In this document: positions 1-10,228 of the stretch, piece by piece
Numbering within the stretch: the first letter of the stretch is position 1
How the letters are laid out: every line of letters begins with the position of its first letter
Assembly (NCBI GenBank): GCA_008932965.1
Contig: WBXG01000014.1
Span: forward strand, 1-32,000
DNA: 32,000 bases
Reading direction: 5' to 3'
From: Verrucomicrobiota bacterium
GTDB lineage: Bacteria; Verrucomicrobiota; Verrucomicrobiia; Chthoniobacterales; UBA6821
Translations under genes and position numbers: made by a program
Notes under the pieces: generated by a model
Seen by the model: only the letters and a program-made list of their open reading frames with translations
The model's database searches: none
What the model was told of the DNA's origin: nothing

Positions 1-129
1 GGGTAAGGCAGGCGAGTATTTTGATGCAGGGCTGTATGTGTACATACTGCCCAAATCAAAATGGGAGTCTAACGCAGCATCCATCTGACTTCCCGGCTTC
101 CGTAGTAGATCGGTAGGAAATATGCGGGC
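1..129 (+). mobile_element. MITE-like repeat, right-hand about 129 bp of a copy cut by the window edge
   Basis: Aligns base-for-base with 16587..16715 (the copy inside hisD), with about 7 mismatches by manual alignment. Ends '...GGAAATATGCGGGC' followed by TA-G (130..132). Confidence 0.85.
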
Positions 130-185
130 TAGATTCTTTTATTCTTGAATACTTAGGATACTATCCCTCTTATCACCTCATCATT

Positions 186-1640
186 ATGTCTAAAACTCCA
201 ATCACAGTTGCCTACGGTGACGGTATCGGTCCTGAAATTATGGAGGCAACACTTCATATCATTGAGTCTGCTGGAGCCCAGCTCGAGATTGAACGAATCG
301 ACATTGGTGAAAAAATGTACCTAGCAGGTCATCCCACCGGCATAGATCCTTCTGCTTGGGAATCACTACGCCGTACCAAAGTTTTTTTGAAATCACCCAT
401 TACAACTCCTCAGGGAGGAGGCTTTAAGAGTCTTAATGTAACTGCAAGAAAAGCGTTAGGCCTTTATGCCAATGTACGTCCTTGTGTTAGCTACCATCCT
501 TTTGTTGCTACAAAACATCCTTTTATGGATGTCGTTATTATTCGAGAAAATGAAGAGGATCTTTATGCCGGTATTGAGCATCGTCAGTCCCAAGATGTGA
601 TTAGTTGTACTAAACTAATATCTCGTCCTGGATGCGAAAAAATTGTGCGTTATGCCTTTGAGTATGCACTCCTCAACAATCGTAAAAAAGTCACCTGCTT
701 CACTAAAGACAACATCATGAAGATGACCGATGGGCTCTTTCACAAAGTATTTGATGAAATTGCAATGGAGTATCCTGGTATCGAAAAGGAGCATTGGATT
801 GTCGATATAGGTGCTGCTAAACTTGCTGACACCCCACAGGTCTTTGATGTCATGGTCCTCCCTAATCTTTATGGGGATATTCTCTCTGATATAGCAGCTC
901 AGATTGCAGGCTCTGTAGGCCTGGCTGGCTCCTCGAATATTGGAAATAATGCGGCTATGTTTGAAGCTATCCACGGCTCTGCTCCCCGTCGAGCAGGTCA
1001 AAACCTAGCCAATCCCTCTGGTCTTTTTTTAGGAAGCATCCTCATGCTCCTACATATTGGTCAGGCAGAGGTTGCGGAGCGTGCCCATAACGCCTGGCTT
1101 TGTACCTTAGAGGAAGGAATCCACACTTATGATATTTTTGATGAAGCTGTAAGCCGACAAAAAGTCGGAACGAAGGAATTTGCGCTTGCCGTTGTTGCGC
1201 GCCTAGGCCAGAAACCTCAGCGCCTTAAACCAGTTTCCTACAAAAAAGAATCCCCTGCTCTTCATCGGATGGTTCCTTATTGTCGCCCCCAAGAAAAAAA
1301 AGAACTCATCGGCGCTGATGTTTTTATTGAACATCAAGGACAACTAGACGATCTCATTCCTCTTTTAGTACGATGCGGCATGGCTAAAGATAAAATGATG
1401 TTAGAAATGGTTGATAATCGAGGAATGATCGTCTGGCCTCAGAGACAGCCAGACCTTTTCTATTCTGATTCATTCCGGGCTCGTTATAAACTTCCAGACG
1501 GGACTCCAGGAGTGATCTCTCACAATAAGATAATTGAATTGCTCCAACGAATCACTTTGGAGAACTTAGAGTTTTTGAAAGTAGAACTTCTTTATAATTT
1601 CGATGGCCAGCCCGGATTTACAAGAGGACAGGGACAATAG
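186..1640 (+). CDS. icd: Isocitrate dehydrogenase (isocitrate/isopropylmalate dehydrogenase family, about 480-aa subclass with C-terminal extension)
   Basis: 484-aa ORF. Family signatures 'ITVAYGDGIGPEIM', 'IIRENEEDLYAG', 'NLYGDILSD' and 'GSVGLAGSSNIG'. The antisense ORF 615..1001 is a shadow ORF. Confidence 0.9.
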   Translation: MSKTPITVAYGDGIGPEIMEATLHIIESAGAQLEIERIDIGEKMYLAGHPTGIDPSAWESLRRTKVFLKSPITTPQGGGFKSLNVTARKALGLYANVRPCVSYHPFVATKHPFMDVVIIRENEEDLYAGIEHRQSQDVISCTKLISRPGCEKIVRYAFEYALLNNRKKVTCFTKDNIMKMTDGLFHKVFDEIAMEYPGIEKEHWIVDIGAAKLADTPQVFDVMVLPNLYGDILSDIAAQIAGSVGLAGSSNIGNNAAMFEAIHGSAPRRAGQNLANPSGLFLGSILMLLHIGQAEVAERAHNAWLCTLEEGIHTYDIFDEAVSRQKVGTKEFALAVVARLGQKPQRLKPVSYKKESPALHRMVPYCRPQEKKELIGADVFIEHQGQLDDLIPLLVRCGMAKDKMMLEMVDNRGMIVWPQRQPDLFYSDSFRARYKLPDGTPGVISHNKIIELLQRITLENLEFLKVELLYNFDGQPGFTRGQGQ

Positions 1641-1786
1641 AAATGGAAGAATCATCGTTAAGAAATTGCTTAGATAGTTTTGTTTGTTTACAGTTCTTAA
1701 CAACGGTGAGTTCTCGTAATTTTCTAACATCACTGAAATAGAAAAGCTCTCCTCTATCCTATATCTTCTATTTTTGAAGTTTTTCC

Positions 1787-4700
1787 ATGCCTAAAGATCT
1801 TACGTTAAAAAAAATTCTCCTAATTGGAGCTGGTCCGATTGTTATTGGACAAGGATGTGAGTTTGATTATTCAGGAGTTCAAGCCTGTAAAGCTTTGAAG
1901 GAAGAGGGATACCAAGTTGTTCTTGTTAACTCCAATCCTGCAACCATCATGACTGATCCGGAGTTTGCGGATCGAACCTATATTGAGCCGATCACCCCGG
2001 AGGTTGTCGAAAAGATCATAATACGCGAACAACCAGATTCGCTTCTTCCTACTCTTGGGGGACAAACTGCTCTTAATGTCTCCATGGAGTTAGTACGACG
2101 AGGGATTTTAAAAAAACATGGAGTACGCCTCATTGGTGCCAATGCAGAGGCTATTGAGCGTGGTGAAGATCGAACTGTTTTTAAAAACCTGATGCTTGAA
2201 ATCGGTCTTGAGGTGGCCAATTCAGGTGCTGCCCACTCGATGGAAGAGGTCATTACGATTGCAGAAAAAATAGGTTCTTATCCTTTAATCATCCGTCCAG
2301 CTTTTACATTAGGTGGTGCTGGAGGGGGCATTGCCAGGAATCGTGAAGAACTAGAACTCATTGCGCAACATGGACTGGATCTCTCTCCTACCAGCGAAGT
2401 CCTCATTGAAGAATCACTCCTTGGCTGGAAAGAATTCGAAATGGAAGTCATTCGTGACTGTGCTGATAATTGCATTGTCATTTGTTCCATTGAAAATATT
2501 GACCCGATGGGTATCCATACCGGAGATTCCATGACAGTAGCTCCGATTCAAACCTTAACTGACAAAGAATATCAGCGCATGCGCAATGCCTCCTTTGCTG
2601 TTATTCGTGCAGTTGGGGTAGAAACAGGTGGATCTAATATTCAATTTGCCCTGCATCCTCAAACAGGACGGATGCTGGTTATTGAAATGAACCCCCGTGT
2701 TTCACGCTCTTCTGCTCTTGCTTCTAAGGCCACGGGATACCCCATTGCTAAAATCGCAGCCAAGCTCGCCGTAGGTTATAGATTAGATGAATTAACCAAC
2801 GATATTACAAAAACAACGACTGCCTGTTTTGAGCCTACTATCGATTATTGCGTTGTTAAAATTCCACGTTTTACATTTGAGAAATTCCCGCTAGCAGATG
2901 CAACGCTTACAACACAAATGAAGAGTGTTGGTGAAGTGATGGCCCTCGGAAGAACTTTTAAACAAGCGCTTCAAAAAGCACTTCGATCACTTGAGACTGG
3001 ACGCTTTGGCCTTGGTGCTGATGGAAAAGATACCGAACCTCGTCTTTCAGATGGCACCTGGGATTTCGCAACAATTGAGAAAAATTTACGAGTTCCCTGC
3101 GCAGAACGGATTTTTATGATTCGCTATGCCTTTCTAGCAGGCCTCTCGGTTGATGATATTCATCAACTCAGCTTTATTGACCCCTGGTTTTTGCACAATA
3201 TTTTGGAAATTGTGCAAGAGGAAGAAGAGTACCGTGCAAAACCAGATCAAATTCCATTACTACGTGCAAAAAAAATGGGCTTTTCAGACCATCAGATTGC
3301 CTATCTGAGTAATCGCTCAGAAGATGAGGTGCGTGCCCAGCGCAAAGCAGAAGGCATTTATCCCACCTACCGGCTCGTAGATACATGTGCTGCAGAATTT
3401 GAAGCCTCCACCCCCTATTTTTATTCGACCTATGGAGAGGAAGATGAAGTTAAAAGTAGCAGTAAGAAAAAAATCATGATCCTAGGAGGGGGACCGAACC
3501 GTATTGGTCAAGGAATTGAATTTGATTATTGTTGTGTGCATGCCTGCTTCGCTCTGCAAGAAGAAGGTTATGAAACGATCATGGTGAATTCAAATCCTGA
3601 AACGGTCTCCACAGACTATGACACAAGTGACCAACTTTTTTTTGAACCACTCACGCTCGAGGATGTCCTCAATATTTATGAGCGAGAACAATGCCACGGT
3701 GTTGTTGTGCAATTTGGAGGTCAGACCCCACTAAACCTTGCAGCAGCCCTACAACAACGCGGAGTAACAATTATTGGCACACAACCAAAAAGCATTGAGA
3801 TGGCCGAAAATCGAAAGCATTTCTCTCGCATGCTAGAGAAACTTGGGCTTAAGCAAACCGTGGGAGCAACTGCAATCAATGAATCGGAAGCGGTCAAAAT
3901 TGCCAGTGAGATTGGATACCCTGTTTTAGTCCGCCCCTCTTTTGTTCTAGGTGGTCGTGCAATGGAAATTATCCACACAGAAACCGATCTTCGACGTTAC
4001 ATTCAAACTGCTAGTGCTATTAGTCCCGACAGCCCCATTCTCATTGATCGTTTCTTAGAGGATGCTACAGAAGTCGATGTAGATTGCCTCGCCGATGGGC
4101 ATCAATGCGTTATTGGCGGTATTATGGAACATATTGAGGAAGCAGGAATTCACAGTGGTGATAGTGCTTGCGTCATTCCAACTTTTTCATTATCACCAAC
4201 GGTCCTCACAAAAATTCGCAACGCCACTTCCCTAATGGCACTCGAACTTCATGTTCGTGGACTGATGAATGTTCAGTTTGCTGTAAAGGAAGAGGAGGTC
4301 TACATCCTGGAGGTCAATCCACGTGCATCACGCACGACCCCTTTTGTAAGCAAGGCTATAGGAGTACCTCTTGCAAAGTTAGCAGCTAAAATTATGACTG
4401 GACGTACGCTTTCCAGCCTTGGCTTTACCCAAGAAATTATCCCCCAGCATTTTTGTATAAAAGAAGCCGTAATGCCTTTTATCAAATTTCCAGGAACAGA
4501 TATTATCCTTGGACCTGAAATGCGCTCTACTGGCGAAGTGATGGGACTCGATGTTGATCTCGGCCGTGCCTATGCCAAAGCACAAATGGCCGCGCATCCT
4601 CCTCTTCCTTTAGGTGGTAATTTATTTGTGAGTGTCAAGGATGCTGATAAAAAGGCCATTGTACCCTTAGTACGTGAATTTATTGACCTTGGATTTTCGG

Positions 4701-5014
4701 TTTATGCGACTCGCGGAACAGCACGCACCTTGCAAGAGTCAGGCATTGAAGTTCTTCAACTCAACAGACTCAGTGAGGGACATCCGAATGTTTTGGACAT
4801 GATTCAAAAAAACAATGTTCATTTGATTATCAACACACCCTCGGGAAAATTACCGTGGAGAGATGAAGTTGTTATTCGAAGTGCGGCCGTTGCTCATAGA
4901 ATTGTCACAATCACAGTATTAAGAACAGCTATTGCAAGCGCTGCAGCAATTCGAAGCATGCTTGCAGGTGATCTTGAGGTACGTAGCATTCAAGAATATC
5001 ATCAATCTCTCTAA
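1787..5014 (+). CDS. carB: Carbamoyl-phosphate synthase large subunit
   Basis: 1075-aa ORF with duplicated ATP-grasp halves ('[17 protein letters not shown]' and '[17 protein letters not shown]'; '[22 protein letters not shown]' and '[22 protein letters not shown]') and a C-terminal MGS-like allosteric domain. Confidence 0.97.
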   Translation: MPKDLTLKKILLIGAGPIVIGQGCEFDYSGVQACKALKEEGYQVVLVNSNPATIMTDPEFADRTYIEPITPEVVEKIIIREQPDSLLPTLGGQTALNVSMELVRRGILKKHGVRLIGANAEAIERGEDRTVFKNLMLEIGLEVANSGAAHSMEEVITIAEKIGSYPLIIRPAFTLGGAGGGIARNREELELIAQHGLDLSPTSEVLIEESLLGWKEFEMEVIRDCADNCIVICSIENIDPMGIHTGDSMTVAPIQTLTDKEYQRMRNASFAVIRAVGVETGGSNIQFALHPQTGRMLVIEMNPRVSRSSALASKATGYPIAKIAAKLAVGYRLDELTNDITKTTTACFEPTIDYCVVKIPRFTFEKFPLADATLTTQMKSVGEVMALGRTFKQALQKALRSLETGRFGLGADGKDTEPRLSDGTWDFATIEKNLRVPCAERIFMIRYAFLAGLSVDDIHQLSFIDPWFLHNILEIVQEEEEYRAKPDQIPLLRAKKMGFSDHQIAYLSNRSEDEVRAQRKAEGIYPTYRLVDTCAAEFEASTPYFYSTYGEEDEVKSSSKKKIMILGGGPNRIGQGIEFDYCCVHACFALQEEGYETIMVNSNPETVSTDYDTSDQLFFEPLTLEDVLNIYEREQCHGVVVQFGGQTPLNLAAALQQRGVTIIGTQPKSIEMAENRKHFSRMLEKLGLKQTVGATAINESEAVKIASEIGYPVLVRPSFVLGGRAMEIIHTETDLRRYIQTASAISPDSPILIDRFLEDATEVDVDCLADGHQCVIGGIMEHIEEAGIHSGDSACVIPTFSLSPTVLTKIRNATSLMALELHVRGLMNVQFAVKEEEVYILEVNPRASRTTPFVSKAIGVPLAKLAAKIMTGRTLSSLGFTQEIIPQHFCIKEAVMPFIKFPGTDIILGPEMRSTGEVMGLDVDLGRAYAKAQMAAHPPLPLGGNLFVSVKDADKKAIVPLVREFIDLGFSVYATRGTARTLQESGIEVLQLNRLSEGHPNVLDMIQKNNVHLIINTPSGKLPWRDEVVIRSAAVAHRIVTITVLRTAIASAAAIRSMLAGDLEVRSIQEYHQSL

Positions 5015-5130
5015 CAGCTAAGAATAATCGCTTGAAATTTAAGTTCAAATGTAGGAGGATTGTGGACTTGTGAACCTTTAGACCCCTCCACTCTTATCAA
5101 CCCCCTATAAAAAGTTAAATATACCCCACT

Positions 5131-6846
5131 ATGAAGCCCTCCATTTATTTGTTAATCTCGCTTATCTCGGTAAATCTTGTTATTGCAGCATCTCCTACAA
5201 AAAATCCTAAAACTGTTGCCGATTTAGGTATTGAGATGATAAATGTGGGAGATCCAAAAAATCCCGAAGATCCTTCAAATCACTATGGTGCTGTAGCTGA
5301 AACATTTCAAATTAGTAAATACGACACCACTGCAGCACAATACTGTGTCTTTCTTAACAAAGTCGCTAAGCACTCAGATCCCTATCAGCTATACGATGAA
5401 AGAATGAATAGTGATGAGAACGTCGCTAGCATTGTACGTACAGGAGATGCAACAACCGGCTATACTTACAGCGTTAAATCACCTGAAACTGCGCAGCTTC
5501 CTATTGTCTATCTCACGTGGTTCTCTTCAGCTCGCTATTGCAACTGGATAAACAATAGTGTGATTGCAGGACACCTACTCGAAGGATCAGAAGATGCCTC
5601 TACAACAGAAAAAGGAGCCTACGATTTTACCGTTCCTGTAAAAGTTGTGACAAGCAAGTATACTGATTTTCTCAATAACATGGCATCAACTGAAAGTTCT
5701 ATAAATCCTAGTGATAGCCTCCATAAAAAATTATTTGAGGATGAGAAAAGCCTCCACGATATTATTAATTGTACTAAAGGAGATAACGGAAAATATGTAT
5801 ATTCGATCAAACAAAGTAATACCTCAGCAGACATACCAGACCATGTCGAACTTAGCTGGACTTCTGCAGCACGTTTTAGCAATTGGAAGTACAATGTAGA
5901 GACTACCAAAAATTCTCATCATTACTCAAAAGAAGAACTCACGGAGAGAGGGCTTTTTACTATTGCTGACGGTATTAAGGATAATACTGGTGATGCAGAT
6001 GTAGTCCCGACTGACTATGCTAAGGTTACTCCTGGAGCAAAATATTTTCTTCCTACTGAAAACCAATGGTACAAGGCAGCCTACTTTGCTAGAAAACATT
6101 ATGGGCCTGGTTTTAGTTCAGATTATTATAAATATCCAACAAGCATGGATCTTGCTCCAGTTAATCAACTAGAGGGCACACAGATGGTAGCCAAAACATC
6201 TGCATTTTCATGGTTGACCGATGATCCTAATGACGCATTAACTACTGAAAAAGTTGATAAAGGCAATAGCGCTAACTACTACATTGATGATATGGTCGTA
6301 GATAAAAAATTCACTACAGGAGATAAAAAACCACACCTTACACCAGTAGGATATTTTTCTAAAACAACTTCTCCATATGGAGTATTTGATATGGCTGGCA
6401 ATGTGTCACAATGGATCAGTGGTACAGCAGGGCACTATGTAACTTTCAGCTATGACGAGGATGGTAAAATCACGAAAAGTGATTTAGCTAAAATAGATAA
6501 TAATGGTCAGCCTCTTCTGGTTGATGGCGTTACAGCTGACAAAACAATAATAGATGCTGGGGGGCACACCATGAAAAAAGATGCCCAGGATCATATCCTT
6601 TTACAATGGCAGTATGCAGGGGTCACACGTCCCATTCGAGGTGGTGGTTGGGGGAATGAGGGACAGTGCCCAACAGGTAATGATCAATTTGCAAAAGTTA
6701 CAATAATGGTCATCGATGGATCTGTGAAACGTGACTATATTGGATTCCGAATTGCTGCCCCTGCTCTTGCTACAATTAAAGATGAACAAATGGGCTCTTC
6801 ACAAAAAGCTCTTGAATCTACCACGGGTCCAAAACAATGGTGGTAA
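5131..6846 (+). CDS. Secreted FGE-sulfatase (SUMF1/formylglycine-generating-enzyme-like) domain protein
   Basis: 571-aa ORF with an N-terminal signal-like peptide 'MKPSIYLLISLISVNLVIAAS'. FGE-sulfatase fold motifs are 'VYLTWFSSARYCNW', 'LPTENQWYKAAY', 'SPYGVFDMAGNVSQW', 'RGGGW' and 'IGFRIA'. The domain is split by long insertions, including an internal duplication. Confidence 0.75.
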   Translation: MKPSIYLLISLISVNLVIAASPTKNPKTVADLGIEMINVGDPKNPEDPSNHYGAVAETFQISKYDTTAAQYCVFLNKVAKHSDPYQLYDERMNSDENVASIVRTGDATTGYTYSVKSPETAQLPIVYLTWFSSARYCNWINNSVIAGHLLEGSEDASTTEKGAYDFTVPVKVVTSKYTDFLNNMASTESSINPSDSLHKKLFEDEKSLHDIINCTKGDNGKYVYSIKQSNTSADIPDHVELSWTSAARFSNWKYNVETTKNSHHYSKEELTERGLFTIADGIKDNTGDADVVPTDYAKVTPGAKYFLPTENQWYKAAYFARKHYGPGFSSDYYKYPTSMDLAPVNQLEGTQMVAKTSAFSWLTDDPNDALTTEKVDKGNSANYYIDDMVVDKKFTTGDKKPHLTPVGYFSKTTSPYGVFDMAGNVSQWISGTAGHYVTFSYDEDGKITKSDLAKIDNNGQPLLVDGVTADKTIIDAGGHTMKKDAQDHILLQWQYAGVTRPIRGGGWGNEGQCPTGNDQFAKVTIMVIDGSVKRDYIGFRIAAPALATIKDEQMGSSQKALESTTGPKQWW

Positions 6847-6996
6847 TTTTTATCTCTATAGTGTCTCTTGATTTATGATAGTGGCAGCTACTTCTAATTG
6901 ATAAATAAGCTGCTACTAACAATTACTGGAACTAACTATTGTTGTTCTTTTATTGTCAGTAGCAGCAAATATGAAAAAAAACCATAGTGAACTCAG

Positions 6997-7171
6997 CTTC
7001 CCTATTTCACTCTAATCGTGACTAGGAGGCTGATGAAGCTGTAGGGTATGGCAAGTAATGAAAGTTTAACAACTGATGTGCGGATACACGCTGCACGAGG
7101 AAAACTTCGAGCTCAACAAATCTTCTATCAAGCTTCCTGGTATCCTTAGGTGATCGGCATGAAATAACTCC
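6997..7171 (+). mobile_element. Degenerate MITE-like repeat copy
   Basis: 'CTTCCCTATTTCACTCTAATCGTGACTAGGAGGCTGATGAAGCTGTAGGG...' parallels 'GCCCGGATATTTCATACTGATCGTGACGAGGAGGCCGCGGAGGCTGATGGGG...'. The right end '...CTTCCTGGTATCCTTAGGTGATCGGCATGAAATAACTCC-TA-G' parallels '...CTTCCCGGCTTCCGTAGGTGATCGTGATGAAATATGCGGGT-TA'. Heavily mutated. Confidence 0.6.
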
Positions 7172-7425
7172 TAGGAGCTTATTTGATTCAGAGGGAATAT
7201 TTGATTCTTTACTAAAGGATGTCGTTTCAAAATAGGTTTTGTGCTAGTAACAATTTTTTATAATAGGGTAATGTCCCCAATTAGCTACAGAGATTCTACT
7301 TCACAACTTTTTTACTAATATCAACAAATCAAATGGGTTGCTATACCAGTTTCAAAAACTTTTGAGATTCCTTCTAATTCCCTATTTCCTATTTTGATTC
7401 ATGTTTCTCAGTTTAAAATACTAGA

Positions 7426-7713
7426 ATGGTAACAATGATACCCACTACCTTTATTGCTTTTGGACTTCCAGCAGTTCCAGAGTGCTCTTTTATTATCGTT
7501 TTAGCACTGCTTCTTTTTGGTCCAAAAAAGCTACCACTTCTAGCACGTCAATTTGCTAAGCTCCTTGCTGAATTTCAAGAGGCAAAAGAAGAATTTCACA
7601 AAGAGATTCTTCTAATTCCCCCTACTCCGAAAATTCAAGAGCCTCTAGAAAAAAAAGTCTATCAGAATACATCCAAACCATCACCTCCATCTGAAATAAT
7701 AGTAAAAGAGTGA
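7426..7713 (+). CDS. tatA: Twin-arginine translocase subunit TatA/E family
   Basis: 95-aa ORF with a single N-terminal TM helix followed by the TatA hinge and amphipathic helix 'LLLFGPKKLPLLARQFAKLLAEFQEAKEEF'. The start could instead be the ATG at 7435. Confidence 0.75.
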   Translation: MVTMIPTTFIAFGLPAVPECSFIIVLALLLFGPKKLPLLARQFAKLLAEFQEAKEEFHKEILLIPPTPKIQEPLEKKVYQNTSKPSPPSEIIVKE

Positions 7714-7777
7714 GTTGAATTTTCTTAGAGCATTTTAAAAGAGTTATCCCGAATAATTCATCTCGATCTACTGCTTA

Positions 7778-8048
7778 ACCCGGATATTTCAAACTGGTTC
7801 GTCGCGAGGCGCTGCGAATCCTGATGCAGACACCACCGGCGGTCGGGAGACCGCGATGGAGACTGCCCTGGCTTTAAGGGGGCAGCCCTGAAAGGGCGAG
7901 ACGAGCGGGAGCGAGCGAGTCAACGCAGATGAGTATTTTGACGCAAGGCTGTTTGATTACATACTACCCAAGAAAGACTCCGAGCTTGGGCGAAGTATCC
8001 ATCATGGCTTCCCAGTCTCCGAATGTAATCGGCATGAAATATACGGGC
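7778..8048 (+). mobile_element. MITE-like repeat, long (271 bp) variant with an extra GC-rich internal module
   Basis: Left end 'TA|ACCCGGATATTTCAAACTGG', right end 'GGCATGAAATATACGGGC|TAG'. The right about 120 bp is homologous to 1..129. An extra module of about 100 bp lies at 7827..7925. TA flanks both sides. Confidence 0.85.
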
Positions 8049-9523
8049 TAGGCAGACTCTTCGGGACGGTAATCCCTCGTCTCAAAGCGAGTATATTCCT
8101 TAAGAAATGTTAACGGGACCTCACCGGTCGGTCCATTACGCTGCTTGGCAATGATGAGTTCAGCTTCACCCTCTTTTTCACTACGAAGAGCATCATCTTT
8201 TTCAAAATAAGCAGAACGATAAAGCAGACCCACGAGATCAGCATCTTGCTCAATTGAGCCAGACTCACGTAGATCAGATATACGTGGTTTCCCATCACTC
8301 CTTTTTTCTGATTCACGATTCAGCTGTGCTAAAACAATCACAGGAATTGATAGCTCTTTTGCCAATGCTTTGATTCCAGCTGAAATTTCAGCTATTTCAA
8401 TTTGACGATTATCTTGAGCTCTCTTGGAGTTGGATCTTAGCAACTGAAGGTAATCAATAATAATAAGGCTAAGATCGTGACGATCCTTCAATCTGCGTGC
8501 TTTTGCCCTTAGCTCCAAAATACTGAGTCCAGCAGTATCATCGATATAAATTTTACTTTTGGATAAAGCATCAGCGGCTCGAGAAAGATTTTTCATATCT
8601 TTACTTCCCATGAACCCATCACGCACTTTTTTTAAATCTACTTTGGCACGTGAACACAGAACTCGTTGAACAAGTTGTTGTGAGCTCATTTCCAGGCTAA
8701 AAATCCCTACTGATTTTTGAAGATCGATTGCTACATGCTCTGCAATATTCATTGCTAGGGCCGTTTTACCCATTGATGGACGAGCAGCAATCACAATCAT
8801 TTCACTAGCATGCATTCCATCTGTAAGCTGATCTAGGAAAGAAAATCCAGTAGAGAGGCCAGTAAGGGCACCTTTATTTTTGTGCATGCCTTCGATGGCA
8901 TCAATCGCCAAAAGCACCTGTTCTTTAATTTCAGGAAGAGCATTACTCACTCGAGATTCACTGATCTTAAAAATATTACTTTCAATAGTATCAACTAGCG
9001 TTTTGACATCACCTTGTTCTTCGTAACATTGAGCTGCTGCACTCGTGCATACAGCAATCATACTCCGTAGAAGAAATTTCTCCTGAACAATCTCTAGGTA
9101 ATATTCAATATTGGCTGCAGTCGGAATAAATTGAATTAAATGAGCCAATGCTGCAGGACCACCTACACCATCAAGAAGTTTTTGATCGGCTAGTGCCTGG
9201 GTCACCGTAATGAGATCAATCGGTTTTAATTCCTTCCATAGACCAACTAAGACGCTGTAGATGGTGGAGTGAGCAGGTTGATGAAAATAATTTTCATCAA
9301 TTTTTTCAATACAGAGAACTAACACCTCTCGAGGTGATAGAAGAATAGAACAAAGCACCCCCATTTCCGCATCAGGACTTGATGGTAGAGCACGATAGGA
9401 CTCAGGGAGGATTTTCTTAGCAACAAACTTGTTATCTCCTGCTTCTACCTTTTTTAGAACAGAGGGAGATTTTTTTCTTCCGCTAAATGCTCCCGCATCT
9501 GTATTAGAAGAAACGGACTCCAT
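8048..9523 (-). CDS. dnaB: Replicative DNA helicase DnaB
   Basis: 491-aa ORF. Walker A 'ARPSMGKTA', 'IIIDYLQL', 'QLNRESE', and N-terminal domain 'PSSPDAEMGVLCSILL'. It has an N-terminal extension of about 40 aa. The stop codon TAG (8048..8050) lies in the CTAG at the MITE junction. Confidence 0.95.
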   Translation of the reverse strand: MESVSSNTDAGAFSGRKKSPSVLKKVEAGDNKFVAKKILPESYRALPSSPDAEMGVLCSILLSPREVLVLCIEKIDENYFHQPAHSTIYSVLVGLWKELKPIDLITVTQALADQKLLDGVGGPAALAHLIQFIPTAANIEYYLEIVQEKFLLRSMIAVCTSAAAQCYEEQGDVKTLVDTIESNIFKISESRVSNALPEIKEQVLLAIDAIEGMHKNKGALTGLSTGFSFLDQLTDGMHASEMIVIAARPSMGKTALAMNIAEHVAIDLQKSVGIFSLEMSSQQLVQRVLCSRAKVDLKKVRDGFMGSKDMKNLSRAADALSKSKIYIDDTAGLSILELRAKARRLKDRHDLSLIIIDYLQLLRSNSKRAQDNRQIEIAEISAGIKALAKELSIPVIVLAQLNRESEKRSDGKPRISDLRESGSIEQDADLVGLLYRSAYFEKDDALRSEKEGEAELIIAKQRNGPTGEVPLTFLKEYTRFETRDYRPEESA

Positions 9524-9542
9524 AAGAGTATTTAGCTAAAAA

Positions 9543-10088
9543 TTACTCTGCTGCTGACTCTTTGCGAGTACGTGGTTTTTTTAAACCTTCTGATTCATGA
9601 GCTTCTTTTAATTCCGCTTCTGATGATGCTCTAATGGTAATATGAAGTGTTGCCGTTACTTCAGGATGTAGACGAACAGGAATGGTCTTTTCTCCTGTTT
9701 CTTTAATAGGACGTTCAAGAGAAATTGAATGACGTGAAAGTTGTTTTTCACTCAGTTCACCCAATTCTTTTTTGATAAGCTCAATAAGATCATGAGCTGT
9801 AATCGATCCAAATGCTTTGCCAGCGAAGCCAGTTTCCAATGTTAGACTTAAACGAAGTTTGTTAATTTTGGATGCAAGCGCTTCTGCTTCGACAAGTTCA
9901 CGTGCTTCACGCTCAGCACGCTTTGCTTTAAGATGATTAATCTTACGAAGGGTAGCAGGAGTTACCTCGAGTGCTTTGCCATGAGGAACTAGAAAGTTGC
10001 GAGCATAGCCTGAACGAACTTTGACAATGTCAGCTTCAGCACCAAGGGTTGAAATTGCTTCGGTAAGGATAACTTGAGAGGTGGCCAT
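9543..10088 (-). CDS. rplI: 50S ribosomal protein L9
   Basis: 181-aa ORF. The N-terminal L9 signature is 'QVILTEAISTLGAEADIVKVRSGYARNFLVPHGKA'. The rplI-dnaB adjacency is conserved. A charged C-terminal tail of about 30 aa extends beyond the usual length. Confidence 0.93.
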   Translation of the reverse strand: MATSQVILTEAISTLGAEADIVKVRSGYARNFLVPHGKALEVTPATLRKINHLKAKRAEREARELVEAEALASKINKLRLSLTLETGFAGKAFGSITAHDLIELIKKELGELSEKQLSRHSISLERPIKETGEKTIPVRLHPEVTATLHITIRASSEAELKEAHESEGLKKPRTRKESAAE

Positions 10089-10189
10089 AAATTAAAATGC
10101 AGAAAAAAATAATACTCGAAACAAACGCAATGCATTTTCGAGTGAGGATTCAAACTTAGCGAAGGGAAAAGCTAATCGATGAGGGGGTC

Positions 10190-10222
10190 GTCTGTCAATA
10201 TTGCATTATGAAATAGGCGGGC
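10190..10222 (+). mobile_element. MITE-like repeat, right-terminal fragment (possibly the end of a short degenerate copy starting near 10126)
   Basis: '...TTGCATTATGAAATAGGCGGGC|TAG' matches the family right terminus 'CAGTATGAAATATGCGGGC|TAG'. Upstream similarity is weak, so only the terminus is confident. Confidence 0.5.
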
Positions 10223-10228
10223 TAGTAC

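Noticed and set aside
615-1001. A 128-aa ORF antisense to icd, and similar 60-97-aa ORFs antisense to or out of frame within carB (for example 1871..2065, 1978..2253, 2278..2532, 3721..3978, 4168..4597), uvrA (19291..19560, 19896..20189), the 743-aa ORF, the TPR gene and ileS
   Set aside because: All are fully embedded in long ORFs with strong family motifs. They have no recognisable motifs of their own and have the composition expected of shadow frames.
1641-1786. The icd-carB and other plain intergenic regions (5015..5130, 24394..24652, 28209..28287), checked for further repeat copies or RNA genes
   Set aside because: I found no similarity to the MITE termini and no tRNA-like or other recognisable RNA motifs.
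6847-6996. A possible rho-independent terminator or ncRNA after the FGE-like gene ('GGCAGCTACTTCTAATTGATAAATAAGCTGCTAC', with 'AGTAGCAGC' recurring at 6958..6966)
   Set aside because: The stem is only about 6 bp, the loop is long, and there is no following T-tract. This is not convincing by eye.
7190-7405. Additional very weak TIR-like strings ('GGGAATATTTGATTCT' near 7192, 'TTCAAAATAGGTTTTGTGC-TA-G' near 7235, and 'TTCCCTATTTCCTATTTTGATTCATG' near 7378) in the long FGE-like/tatA intergenic region
   Set aside because: The similarity is limited to AT-rich runs of about 12-15 nt that could arise by chance. Without a profile search I cannot separate them from background.
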